64,000 bases of DNA, taken from assembly GCA_053919585.1 (NCBI GenBank), contig CM132801.1, one strand, 5' to 3'. A model generated the notes under the pieces. It searched no databases. It was not told the origin of the DNA and was given only the letters and a program-made list of their open reading frames with translations. The translations under genes were made by a program, and so were the position numbers. Shown in pieces: positions 1 to 12,051 of the stretch (within the stretch, counting starts at the first letter, position 1; each line of letters opens with the position of its first letter). The stretch comes from Euprymna scolopes (taxonomy: Eukaryota).

Positions 1-577
1 TGTATACATTAAACAGATTATAGGTGTGTAAATTAAACAAATTAAAGGTTTATGCATTAAACAGATTATAGGTTTATACATTAGACAGATTATAGATGTA
101 TACATTACACAGATTATAGCTTTATACATTAAAGAGATTATAGCTTTATGCATCTCTTTAAGATTATAAGTTCATACATTAAACAGACTATAGGTTTATA
201 TATATTAAACAGATTATAGGTGTATACATTACACAGATAGTAGGTTAGACGTTAAACAAATTATAGGTTAGATATTAAACAGATTATAGGTTTATATATT
301 AAACAGATTATAGGTGTATACATTAAATAGATTATAGGTTAGACATTAAACAGACTATAAGTTTATTCATTAAACATATAGGTTCAAACATTAAGCAGAT
401 TATAAGTTCATACATTAAACAGATTATAGGTTTATACATTAAACAGATTATAGGTTTATACATTAAACAAATTATTGGTTTATGCATTAAACAAATTATA
501 GGTGTTTACATTAAGCAGATTAAAGATGTGTATATTAAGCAGGTTATAGGTACATACATTAAACAGACTATAGGTAT
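1..577. repeat. Minisatellite, ~24-bp unit (consensus TACATTAAACAGATTATAGGTTTA), runs off the window start
   Basis: Units at 5-28, 29-52, 53-76, 77-100, 101-124 etc., with substitutions and small indels. Confidence 0.95.
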
Positions 578-781
578 CTAAAATGATACGAAAGATTTGA
601 ACTGATAAACCAATAAACTTTTATAGATTCATAGTTAGTTTACAGGCAGGCACACAAATAGAAAATAAATTAATTTGTATACAATCACTAACAATAACTC
701 AAGCATACTGATTTTTCTTTCTTGTTTTTTAAGGTAATATTTAAAGAATAAATCCATTTCTATCAAAATTACCAAAATGTT

Positions 782-854
782 GTAGTGGTCAAATGGTTAA
801 CAGCACAGATTACCGATTTAGGCGTCCCAAGTTCAAATCCAGTTCATTCCACTA
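782..854 (+). mobile_element. tRNA-derived SINE head or tRNA pseudogene
   Basis: A-box-like TGGTCAAATGG and B-box-like GTTCAAATCC at tRNA spacing; cloverleaf degenerate. Confidence 0.5.
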
Positions 855-1869
855 ATGTCACTGTCACTTAGGACATTGGCAACTTTCATGTGATCGCTCC
901 TGTTAGCACCCGATGTATTTCACGAAATAATTCTGACTAGTAAAATATCGGGGGAAACCAATGCCAAGATTAGAATCTTTGGATGTGTTGTAAATGTTTG
1001 GTAATGTTTATTATTTAAAAATCTTGATTCAAATATATTAAGTGGAGAATTTTGCGAAGCAAAAGTGTGTTTACAAAGTCATCTAGTTTTGTTTTGTTTT
1101 TTCAGAAAAAAAATAAAAAATAGCAGTGAAATAATTAGTAGAACTTCAAACTGAAAGACACTAAATTTTCTGTTTTCAATGGTGAGTCTCAACATTTTGT
1201 AGAAAAGAATAACAACAAATGATTATAGTTTCCTAACAATATGGTTTAGTTATTTATTTAATAATAAAACGTTACTGTACTGATTAAAGTTAACTTTAAA
1301 AATATGGTGCAAATGCATAATCTGCTCTTCTTCGTGAATAAACAAAAAAATTAAAAATGATGTGCGTGAAAAAAAAATATCATACACTAAACATCACATA
1401 AATTGATTAAGTAGTTTTATTTAAAAAAAGGAAATCAAATTTTATGGCTAAACGATGATCGACGATCTCTCAACATCATTTTACAGGATGAGAGAGATAA
1501 TTTCAAATAATTCAAGCTTTTGTGAAAATTTAGAAAGCCGTTCTTAACCTGATAAGGGGGGGGGGCATTAGAAAAACTCAAATTCGCTTAAAAATGATTT
1601 TCTTTATAAAAATAAAACTACTTGATCAATTTATATGGTTTTAATCGTGTACATTATTTTCTTTCCGTCACGGGTAAGTATATCATAAAAAAATTTTCTT
1701 TATTTTTAGTATTTTTGTTTTTTCATAGGCGAGAGTGTATAGACTTGGGCTTAATGTTTAAAGCTAAATTTAATTAGTAATGTTTGGTTGTTTGGTACAG
1801 ACATCATAAAGATTTTTCTTTATTTTTGTTTTTACTTAGGATAGGAGAGTTATCGACTAGCACCAGAAA

Positions 1870-2001
1870 NNNNNNNNNNNNNNNNNNNNNNNNNNNNNNN
1901 NNNNNNNNNNNNNNNNNNNNNNNNNNNNNNNNNNNNNNNNNNNNNNNNNNNNNNNNNNNNNNNNNNNNNNNNNNNNNNNNNNNNNNNNNNNNNNNNNNNN
2001 N
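1870..2001. other. Assembly gap
   Basis: N run. Confidence 1.
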
Positions 2002-2157
2002 GCTTTTTAAAATAATAAAAAAGGACACTATTGGGCAACGCCGGGTAGAAATAGCTAGTGGATAAATAATAATCTTTTTATTATATGAAAAAAAAAAAAA
2101 GAACTACAGGGTTCATAAAAAATAGGAAAGAATTGAAACAATTATAAATAAACTTAC

Positions 2158-2209
2158 CTTGGAATAAAAGTAAAATGGTCCAAATGAAATAAATCCAAAA
2201 TGTATTCAT
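2158..2209 (-). CDS. Probable first coding exon (signal peptide MNTFWIYFIWTILLLFQ + phase-1 intron) of an unidentified secreted or membrane protein gene running leftward
   Basis: ATG at 2209, 17 mostly hydrophobic codons + 1 nt, then a strong donor AAG|GTAAGT; TATAAAAA on the minus strand at 2434-2441. Confidence 0.5.
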
Positions 2210-2433
2210 AATAACTGATGGCTTTTCTTTTTTTTAATTTTTATAAATGTAAACAGACGACCAGGATTTATCAACATAAGAAATAAGAAAGTCAAATTAT
2301 GCAAATCATTATTCAATTGTCGGCTGCATAAATATCTTCATAATAGTAGTCCTCTTTTAGTCAGTCGATGGCTCGGTCAAATGGTCTGTCACACTTCAGT
2401 TTAGTCTGCCAGGCTTAAGTTTCTGAGATAGCA

Positions 2434-2441
2434 TTTTTATA
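2434..2441 (-). promoter_or_regulatory. Candidate TATA box for the minus-strand gene
   Basis: TATAAAAA ~225 nt upstream of the ATG at 2209; weak by itself in AT-rich DNA. Confidence 0.3.
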
Positions 2442-3267
2442 AGTAAAAGTGCAGATAAAACGAACACATCTTAAACATATCCGTTTTTCCTTCTATACTA
2501 AAATAGTCTGTATTAATTATAACGTGTTGTCTAAAAGATAGAGATATTTTTCTTCTTTTCAAAGCTCAAATCAGAGATATACTCTATTCAAATGGGCATA
2601 TCTGAAAGTACGTATTAACCATAAACCGTTCTCTAAAATATGTAGACATTTTTCTTCTTTTCAAAGCTCAAATCAGAAATAAACTCTGTATTTAATCTGT
2701 TCCTTTTCTGCTCAATTTTGTTTGTCTTTTCTTAATAACTGTGAATTGATCTTATTGTCACATCAATAGAATAAAAAAAATGAATAGAAGAAACAATTTT
2801 AGAGTAGAACCACTAATGAATGATACTGCTGTTCTCTGAACTTAAGCCCAATAACTATGAAGACTTGTGTCCATTCAATGTCATGTCCCATTTAACACCA
2901 AGAATTTGATTTCACCCATGGTGTGTGGCATAAGTCAGTATCACTATTCTTCAAGTGTGACCTCTCGGGAGTCAAGAATCAAATTGGATCTCTCTTAGTT
3001 TAACAATTCCTTTTTTGTTCGGGGTTGAAATCTCAGGTTTAACTCAGTGGAATCGAGTTTCTTGCTGTCAAACAGTTGTATCTAATGTCTTAATTGCAGG
3101 AAGATCCAACGTTGCTCGGGAATGAACGAAGAATACAACTGTCGTATCTCACTATGCTTATAATAACAAATTGCTTGTTTTTTTTTTCTACTGATACCAC
3201 TCCCACCCACATTTAGCCCTTTAAGATCATTAGAAAAAGCTGAAGTGTTTGAAAACTCTCTGAATTA

Positions 3268-4146
3268 CAGGGATGAGCGATAAAATTGTCACCCTAAAAA
3301 AGACATGATTCCATTTCCATTTGACGAAAAACGGCTTTCTTTTTTTCTGCAGACCATCTACTAGTTGGCCAGTTGTGTACAAATCTCAAGAGTGATAGAA
3401 GCCTTTTATCATGTCTGAAAGTGACACAATGTTCAATGAGCAAAGTCGGAGATGCGCTGTTGTACAACTCATGCTCTCTACCGATCCAAATTACGACAAC
3501 AGGACCATTGCCAGCACTCTCAAAATGAAAATCTGGACAGTTTAACGCTTGAGGGCACAGCTCAATGAAGTTTATGGCCGCGGTCATGGTTTTGGGTGTG
3601 GTTTCAAGTGAGGGCCACATCATGCCACCTCACATCTTCAATGTTGGCTTGAAAGTCAACACCAAAGTATACCTGATTGTGCTGAAGAGTGTTGTGCTCC
3701 CCTGGTGCAATCAGGTGGCTGCTGACAGACCCTGAGTGTGGCAGCAGGACTCAGCGCCGTCCCACAAGTCCAAAGAGACCCAGGCTTGGCTTCAGAAGGA
3801 GTGTTACGACTTTGTACCCTTCTGTCACTGGTCCTCCTCCTTCCTTGTCCTGAACCCGCTGGACTACTTTGTTTACATCGAGAACATCACCAACATGACC
3901 TCCCACAACACCAAAGCCAGCCTGATTGCTGCCATCTGCCAAACTCCCACCGATACTTGTGAAAAAGACATACTCCCAGTTTCCAGACCTGTATTTAGGC
4001 GGTTATTGAGGCTAAAGGCAGCTACATTAAATGGATGTGAACTCTACAACATAATCAAGTTACCTGAATTAATTTTTTCAATAAAAGTTTTAAAATAAAG
4101 TGGTAGTGTTGTTTTCTTTAGGCAACAAATTTATCGTTCTACTCTG
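3268..4146 (+). mobile_element. Tc1/mariner superfamily maT (DD37D) transposon, internally deleted and degenerate
   Basis: TA on both sides; diverged TIRs (CAGGGATGAGCGATAAAATTGT vs reverse complement CAGAGTAGAACGATAAATTTGT); remnant VMVLGVVSSEG...WQQDSAPSH...LNPLDY with 37 residues between the 2nd and 3rd Asp. Confidence 0.85.
3580..3960 (+). pseudogene. DD37D transposase catalytic-domain remnant
   Basis: ORF 3736-4098 (QQDSAPSH...NPLDY) plus the in-frame upstream segment, separated by a TGA. Confidence 0.8.
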
Positions 4147-6119
4147 TAGTGTCTTCTGAATTCAAGGACCAGAATTGGTCTGGTTTGGTCTAGTCTGGTC
4201 TGGTATAGTATCCAGTTCAGTGTTGTTATTTGTCTCATGAAAATAAGATTCACCATTACTTTTCTCATATAAGACGGTGCATAGCCATTCAGAGGGGATC
4301 TTATTTGGCTGTCAAATACTGTGCTATTTTTATTTGAATACTAGCGGGGAAACCTGACACTGCTCAGGATTTAAGGCAGGATACTCTATCATTTTTCACT
4401 ATGTTCATAACACAATATGATCTTTTTTTTTTTTTACTGCTTTCTGTTTTGCCGCTTAATATAGTCGTAAGAAAATGAAATTTTGGAAAACTCTCTGAAT
4501 TAATGTCTTATGCATATGGTTTAACCTTCATTAAAATCGAATATAATTATTTAAAGTTTTAAGCGGCCTCTGGCCCAATGGCTCCAATTCTATTTAATGC
4601 CATTCATTCTAGGCAGGTTGAGCCAGCTGTCCCTGAAGGAGAAAATCTCATGGGTATATTAAATTCACAAGCAGTCTCCAGTCGCATATACGTCCCCATG
4701 TGTTCGAGTTTTGCCAATGTTATTGTGTGCAATCATAACGGGATTTTGGGGCCGTTCGTAAAAATTATTTTATTGGGCAACAAATATGGAAAAAAAAAAA
4801 AAATTGGGGGGGGGGGGACAACAAAGGCAAAATTGTTCAAATAATCAAATAATCCAGAAATTTAATTAAAGTTCAGTTTATTTGAAAGGAAATAAAAATA
4901 GATGCTTTTGTTGCCAAAGTTTGGAAACTTTAAAAGTTCTGTAACAATCATGTATATATAAAAAAAAAAGGCATAAGTAAATCTCACAAGAAATATACAG
5001 AGAAAAAAAACGTACATTTATCACGTTCCCCCAAACAAAATAGAAAATAGACAAGTTTATTTTTAAAAAGGGTTGAAATAAAAGAAGTAGCATTCAAAAG
5101 CAACAAAAATTGTCTTTTTTTTCATTTCGCTCAAAGCCTGTTTGTTTCCGTACAGTATTAAAAAAGACAAAAACAAAAAACCTTCAGACGTTTAAAAGAG
5201 TTCAAACAGTTAAAAGTTCAAATATGTAATATATAGAAGAACTAATTTTCTTTCCTTTTGTTTCTTTAGTTCGTATTCGCCTTGTTTAGTTGGCAGTCTT
5301 CTAAAACAAATACTTTGTGAGGATTCTTTATTTCTTTCTTTTTTGGGGGGGGCTGGATAGGTTTTTTTTTAAAGTTTCCTTTATGAAAAAAAAATCCCTT
5401 CTGGATTATTCCTCAGGAAATTAACATTCGCTTTTCTTTTTTTCTCTCTTGTGCTCTTTACAAAAGGAATATGAAGGAAATATATCGATTGATGAATAAA
5501 AGACTTTTTCTCTTTTCAAAGATAGGATTCCAGTGTTGACTGTCAACGGAGCACAAAAAACAGGTCCTATTGGTTTTGGCTGCCTCTCTGTTCTGAAATT
5601 AAAATGTCAGCAGACAGAATGTTGACAAGGGAGAGGGGCGGGGGTAAGGATGACACATTTGACGTCTCTCAGTACACTTTGCCTAGCAATTGATCGCAAA
5701 ATAAGCCACACATCCCCAGGCATGAGTAATACAAGATACAAAACAGAGGCGAATGTTGACCTCCTCATCCTTCTCAGCACTGCCTGATGGGGGAAGGAAA
5801 ATAAAATTTCCAAAATCGCTAAGAAAAATTAAGGAAAAAAAAGGAGTTATATATTTTGTATGAAATCAACTCCGAATTCAAATAAAAGAGAATGAAAGAG
5901 AATAAATATTTTTCAGCCAATGAAAAGAGCTAAATTTATTTCAACCAAAAGCATCAAGAGAATCAGTTAAATATCTGGCACTAAACCGCTGGGAGCCTTT
6001 TCTCACACTATAAAAATATAAACATATCTTATCTTTGGCCTAGTATTCAGTAACTGGGGATTTTTATCCTGCACCTCCAAAATCAACAGAGAGTGAGTAG
6101 ACCATTCCTGTAATGATTT

Positions 6120-6358
6120 GATCCCTGTTGATTTTGTGGTGGGAGTCAAGTTCTGTGTAATTCTAGGACGTCCACCCTCCCAGGCTTTGCCTTTTCTCTT
6201 TGAGAAGGGGTTAGTTTCTTGCTAATCGACTGAAGCGAATGCCGATGGGCCTGCCCAGGCACTTTTTGCAGGTCAAAGTGCCCCTTCTCTGGGACATTGA
6301 CTTCTCAATCCTATTTTCTGACTCTGGTGTCTAAGTTCTTGCAGTGGGAGAGAACTAC
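6120..6358 (+). repeat. Unclassified dispersed repeat, copy 1 (others at 33176-33422 and 40971-41190)
   Basis: Shared core TTCTAGG..GTCCAC.CTCCCAGGCTTT..CTT.TC.CTTT.AGAAGGGGTTAGT. Confidence 0.8.
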
Positions 6359-6670
6359 ATACCCATTCAGTAACTCATCACCATCATGATGGAAAATAAT
6401 GTTTAGCAGTTTTAAATGACATGCAAACATTCCTTGCATACAAAAAAAAATTACTTGCAACAATAGGTGGGAGAAGAATAGACACAAACTGAACCGTTCT
6501 GAACTCTTCTCATAATCAGTAGGAACCTATCTTTTACTGAGTTTATTTTAACCGGAATATTCTGGACAACTCTATTAATTGATGCAAAATTCACATGGTG
6601 TTTCCATTATTTTGTCCAACCCCTGTATATATATAATAACTTTTTCAATAAATATTAATCATTTTATATA

Positions 6671-6715
6671 CCTACAGACATTGGTGTTTCATTCTTACAC
6701 AATCATCAGTGCAGG
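6671..6715 (-). ncRNA. Type I hammerhead ribozyme-like motif
   Basis: CCTGCA-CTGATGA-TTGTGTAAGAAT-GAAA-CA-CCAA-TG-TC-TGTAGG: 6-bp stem I, both core boxes, short stem III, GUC site; stem II imperfect. Confidence 0.6.
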
Positions 6716-6950
6716 ATGTGATAATTACTGCTGGCCACAGGACTCAAACCAAATCAACAAAGTCAATCTTGGCTTTGCAGGCTGATGTTCTTCCATTTAG
6801 CCATCAGAAATTAAGATTTAAATGGAAGTGAATTGAGTTACTTATGAATCCATGTAAGCAAGCTTTTCATAATTCAGACACCGATAGGGAGTTTGGAATA
6901 ATCCATGCAGCTAATTTGCTGCCGTATTCTCAATTCACAAATAGGGCTCA
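6671..6950 (-). mobile_element. Penelope-like element 3' relic ending in a hammerhead motif
   Basis: Minus strand reads approximately ESLLTWIHK*LNSLPF (like a PLE GIY-YIG C-terminus, needs one indel), followed by a hammerhead core. Confidence 0.45.
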
Positions 6951-7651
6951 ACTTTACTTTTACTTAAAGGTGCCATTATAAATAAGCGTATGATCACAAT
7001 AAAAAACAAAACAAAGGGATTAAATTTATATATTTGATTCTCGGTTTGGTATTAGTAGGTTAGTAGTCATTCTTGCTAACCTGTTGACTGTATCATTGAC
7101 TGTTTGACTTGTTGAGTGTGTTGTTGGCTGGCTTGACGCTGCACCCTGTAATGACCTGTGATGCGCCAAACGTTTCTATTTATAGACAACACACAGACGT
7201 AGTTGTAGATATGTATATGATAGAACTGATGCAATGACAAAAAAATGACGCTTGCTCAATGTCATGTATGCTCCTCTCTACATATTTATTGTTCAGTGAG
7301 GTGTGATCTTTTTTTAAAAATATTTACTTGACCATTTCAGATCAATCCCAACATATTCGCCAACAGTCTCTAATCACAATTATATTCCTAAGCTCTTTTT
7401 GTGATTTGTTATTTCGATAATAAGGTGCCTTGTCAGTTCATCGAAATCAGAATGGCCTTTGTGGGAAAATTAGGGAAACAACACGGGTTGTAGATACACT
7501 GGCGAGTGGTTTCCCTGGGCTTGGTAAGCATATAGCTGACGAGGGATTCAAGAAAGCGCCTTCTCCTGTATAGTGGATCAAAACTCATGTGAGAGAAAGC
7601 ATGCAACACACTTATCCTCCATGTTAGATACAAGCCTTACATTGGTGAAAC

Positions 7652-8134
7652 ATAACCATCCTATCAATGATAGAAAGTCTGATCCGTAAGTTTTTTTTTC
7701 TTTTTTCTTTTCATCATTTTGGTGTTATGGTGGAGACAATGCCTTGGAGTAGAAGAAAATAGAAATGTGCTTCTTGTTTCGGTATATCCACATTTGTTAT
7801 GCTCCAGTTTTCGGAGCATAACACACGGAGCGGAATTTAAATGAAAAGAAAATGAAAAAAAAAATGATTTTATCATTACATTCGACACTTAAAGGTTTTT
7901 AAAATTTTTAAATTTAAATTTTATTTAAAATAAGTGTCTTCAAAAAGTGTGTGACCATTTTCTCCTTTAAATTCCCGCTTGATAACCGGAGCATTACACA
8001 TGTGGATTTACCGAAACAAGACACATTTCTATTCTCTTCTACTCCAAGGCATTGTCTCCACCATAACACCAAAATGATGAAAAGAAAAAAGAAAAAAAAA
8101 CTTACAGATCGGACTTCCTATCCTGATGAGGTTA
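7652..8134. mobile_element. MITE/foldback with ~160-bp inverted arms
   Basis: 7664-7820 is the reverse complement of 7980-8130; ORF track shows the same FLFSSTPRHCLHHNTK string on opposite strands. Confidence 0.85.
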
Positions 8135-8482
8135 TTTATTAATGAAATATTGTCAAAAAATAAATAAATAAATAAAATAAAAAGATGATTCAACACTTTT
8201 TGTATTTTTATATACAGGATGCACTTCTAAATTGATTAACTTATTATTATAAAATTCGAAAAAACAACTGCTAGGCTTAAGGGGTTGTAATGTGGGTTAT
8301 ATGAGGGTTATATATAGTGTAATGGTATTTTAATATAGGGCAGGTAAAATATTCCTTTGCTCAAGATTGCAAATGATACATAGACATCAGAAATTCCTCT
8401 ATTCTAAGAATAACAGGCATGTTCAAAATTTTACTCATTGTCTTATACAGTCCTGAGCAACGCTGGGTGGCCTTGCTAGTTG

Positions 8483-8484
<2 letters not shown>

Positions 8485-8540
<56 letters not shown>
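8485..8540. repeat. (AT)n microsatellite next to a gap
   Basis: Direct read. Confidence 0.95.
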
Positions 8541-8545
<5 letters not shown>

Positions 8546-8574
8546 TTTACTATAATAATTATTATATATATATA

Positions 8575-8757
8575 NNNNNNNNNNNNNNNNNNNNNNNNNN
8601 NNNNNNNNNNNNNNNNNNNNNNNNNNNNNNNNNNNNNNNNNNNNNNNNNNNNNNNNNNNNNNNNNNNNNNNNNNNNNNNNNNNNNNNNNNNNNNNNNNNN
8701 NNNNNNNNNNNNNNNNNNNNNNNNNNNNNNNNNNNNNNNNNNNNNNNNNNNNNNNNN
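8575..8757. other. Assembly gap
   Basis: N run. Confidence 1.
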
Positions 8758-9445
8758 CAAAATGATCCAAGATGGTAAAACTAAAGTATATTATAAATAT
8801 TAAAGAATTGATATTTATAAATTAATCTCAACCAGATGTAAAAAGCTCGATAAAAGGAGATAGAGCTTATAATAATTATTAATTACTTTTTGTGGTCCTG
8901 GATATGACCTAAAACTATATCCGATGGTGAATCCGACTTAAAAAAACAAATATACTCCATTAAAAATCGTTCCTCAAAATAACTAGATTCGGCATTGAAT
9001 AACCTGAAAAAGGTTGATATGCCGTAAAGCAAAAACAACCAACCAATTACTTTTTGTTTTGGCAGCCGTGTCAAACGCATATCTTATCTTTCTTTTATTA
9101 ATATTATTGGAGTTTTTTCCCCTTTTCCTTGTACATATTTGTGAATTATTCCATGGATTTCGGCCTTTTAGATTATTTTGGACCATCTTCCAATTACGTG
9201 ATTTCCTTGGATTTTACTTGTGCGAATGGAAAATTAATTAACTTTCTTGGATTTACATTTTTGGATTTTACCGTCATTGGATAATTTACCTTTCACCAGA
9301 CTATACATTCACGTGAAATCACCTTTTTCTTCACCAAATTCCTTCTGCTTCACTTTTTGTTATCAAGTAAGATCTTTGACTTACTTGCAGTTTCATCAAA
9401 TACTTTTGTATGCAAAATCCGATCCCGCATTTTGCTAATTCCTAC

Positions 9446-9492
9446 CCTCTGATGAGAAGGAAAGTATTTCTTCGAAACTCCGCAGATTAAGG
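9446..9492 (+). ncRNA. Type I hammerhead ribozyme-like motif (probable Penelope/retrozyme relic)
   Basis: CCT-CTGATGA-GAAGGAA(AGTA)TTTCTTC-GAAA-CTC(CGCA)GAT-TA-AGG: 7-bp stem II, one mismatch at the base of stem III, 3-bp stem I. Confidence 0.55.
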
Positions 9493-10658
9493 ACTATCCA
9501 CTTATTAAGTATTTCCTTTTCAGATTAAATATGTTTTTAACTCTTTTTCAAAGTGTTTTTAACATGTTTTATTAACTATTTGCTCTTATGTATATATATA
9601 TATATATATTAGGGAAAATACCCGTTCCAGGATCGGTAAATTTAAATTTTGCACCGCTTTTACAAAGATAAGGATCAAAATATAAAGATACTGAACTTTA
9701 TTTCTAGAATGCTTATTTCAATTTTGGTCAGCATCGGATATATGATTTTTATTATAGAAAATTTAAGCTTTTAAGAAAAACAATTGAAATTCAACGAACC
9801 ATGAAAAAAAATTCAATGTAAATTTAATGCAAATCTGAAATATTTGGATTTTCTAATGGGAGACTGTGCCCATAATCCCTAAAAACATGTTAAAATATTT
9901 CAAATAAACTTAAATTTAGGGAATATTTATTGATTGAACTCTAATACCCATTGGCAACATTTCACAAAAATCAGGGCTTTCACCACCTTTGCATGAAACT
10001 AAATTAAACTAAATATAGCTCACATTGAAACCCCTTAAGCCTAGCAGCTCTGTTCCAAATTTTATGAGCTATTAATAGGTATGGGCAAAAATGAGCGGCC
10101 AAAAATAGGGGGACCTAGTTTTGAAAGCCGATTTATCATAATTTTTTTGTAGGTTTGCGACTACTTTTTGATTGTATTTGAAAGATTTAGAGACTAAAGT
10201 TAATTTCCTAAAGGAAAAAAATATTTGTACACGTGAAAAAAAAAAAGTTATGAAAAATGTTTTCACTGCGAGCTAACCAATTCAACTAAATTTTGAAGTT
10301 AAATAAATTCATTTTAAAAATCCTTTAAAAGATAAATATTAGTTTTCTGGGTTTATTTCAAAGATAATTAGTTAAGTCGTAAGATATTGAATTAAATAAT
10401 TAAAAAAAAAAAAAACAACACCTTGTTTGTGCTCCCCCTCAACTTAATTAGCCCTCAAAAAGCAAGCATTTACCGTACGTCAAAAACGCAACAGACTAAA
10501 TAAATGTAAACACGATTATAAGGAGGCCCAAAATTTCAGCCAATCGAAACGATGTTTCAAAATGAAGTAATGATAGTAAAAGGAGGTAGGGGTGCCAGAC
10601 GCCCCCCCCCCAGACGTGCATCCATACATTCCTATTCTGAACGTTTGTATCAATTTTT

Positions 10659-11397
10659 TGTTGGAATTTTTTCTGTTTTTACACCAACAATTGTATACTC
10701 CCCCCCCCTGTGTATATACTTATATTTTTTATGCTGGTTCATGATTTATATTTATATATATTGTTTTATTGGATTGGGTTTCGTGTCCTTTTTTTTGTAC
10801 GAAACTACTACGATTTTGAATAAAACCCTGCTAGCTCCGTTGTGCTGAGGTCCAAGAGAAGAGGCCTTCCTTTTTTCGAATTCACCAGCTAGGCAGGAGG
10901 ACGTGCATCCCATCAGCTGAGCGTGAATCCTAAAGCCTTTTCCTCCAAGGAGAAGAACTGTACAACACAGTAGATGCGACGAGGCGGTTCTCCTTTCAAC
11001 TTCTATTGGGCACTGCTACGGAGAGAGTGTCTTCAGGGAAAGAAACTCATATTCAAAGAAGTGATACAAGCTACACAGACCCTTTCCACAGACTTGGAGC
11101 AAGCAGCGAGCCTTTAATTTAACGAATTTAAAAGGTGCTTGAACTTTGAACGTTATTTTTGTGAGTACGTTCCTTTATTTAAGGCTTTATTTCGGAAATA
11201 CTTTTACTTTTAATATTTTCTGTGGTAGTCGGGTTGACAAACGACCCTTCCGTTAATACATTGTTTTATATAGAAGAACCAGCATTTTTTGTTTTGTTAC
11301 TGTAATATTGCGAGCGTGTTTTGTCTTCGTTATTTTGGCGTTTCTTGTTAATGCCGGCAAAGGGAAACAATTTGCAACTGTTTTCTGTAAATAAAAC
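10659..11397 (+). repeat. 5' LTR of the BEL/Pao element, interrupted at its extreme 3' end by foldback A
   Basis: Direct repeat of 18876-19614. Confidence 0.92.
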
Positions 11398-11982
11398 CGG
11401 GTTTGTATTACTGTACACATAGATTCGAAAAAGTTGTCAAAAAACAAATATATAACAAACAAATGTGGCAATCGTGAAGAAAGAGAGAGCCTGTTTCCTC
11501 CGTTTGACTATAGGTGGCGTTACTGTCTGTCCCCCCCCCCGTTACGGAAGCACAAAATGTATATAATGCTACCCTTGAAATAAAAATAAATGTTTTTGTT
11601 ATATTTTAATTTTAAACATGTTTTTTTTTGTTGTTTTTTTGCAAATATATTTAAGTTTTATTTTTTTTCAAACATTTACGTTTTTTTTTTTTGCAAACAT
11701 ATTTAAGTTTTATTTTTCCAAACATTTACGTTTTTTTTTTTTTACGTTTTTTTTTGTTTTTTTTTTTTTGTTTTTTGCAAGCATACACTAAATGTTTTTG
11801 CTATATTTCTCTTTTAAACATATTTATGGGTACAACCGTTTTTCCGCGAGTATTTTTTACGCTCTTATGATAAAAAAGAAAAATCAACGTTTTTTTTTTT
11901 TTTAAATCTTTTATGGGCCCCTCCCCCCCCTTTTTTTTTTTTTTTTTTAAATTTTTCTGCACTTATTTTACCGTATCCGCGA

Positions 11983-12051
<69 letters not shown>

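Noticed and set aside
1-577. CRISPR-like array
   Set aside because: Contiguous tandem units with no unique spacers, eukaryotic context, no cas genes.
782-854. Functional tRNA gene
   Set aside because: Stems do not pair into a canonical cloverleaf.
1784-2065. ORFs spanning N runs (also 8419-8778 and 62180-62473)
   Set aside because: Artefacts of gaps and (AT)n.
10552-10848. Hydrophobic ORFs in the LTRs as env or membrane protein (also 18830-19066)
   Set aside because: T-rich LTR sequence; the two copies have different starts and no env motifs.
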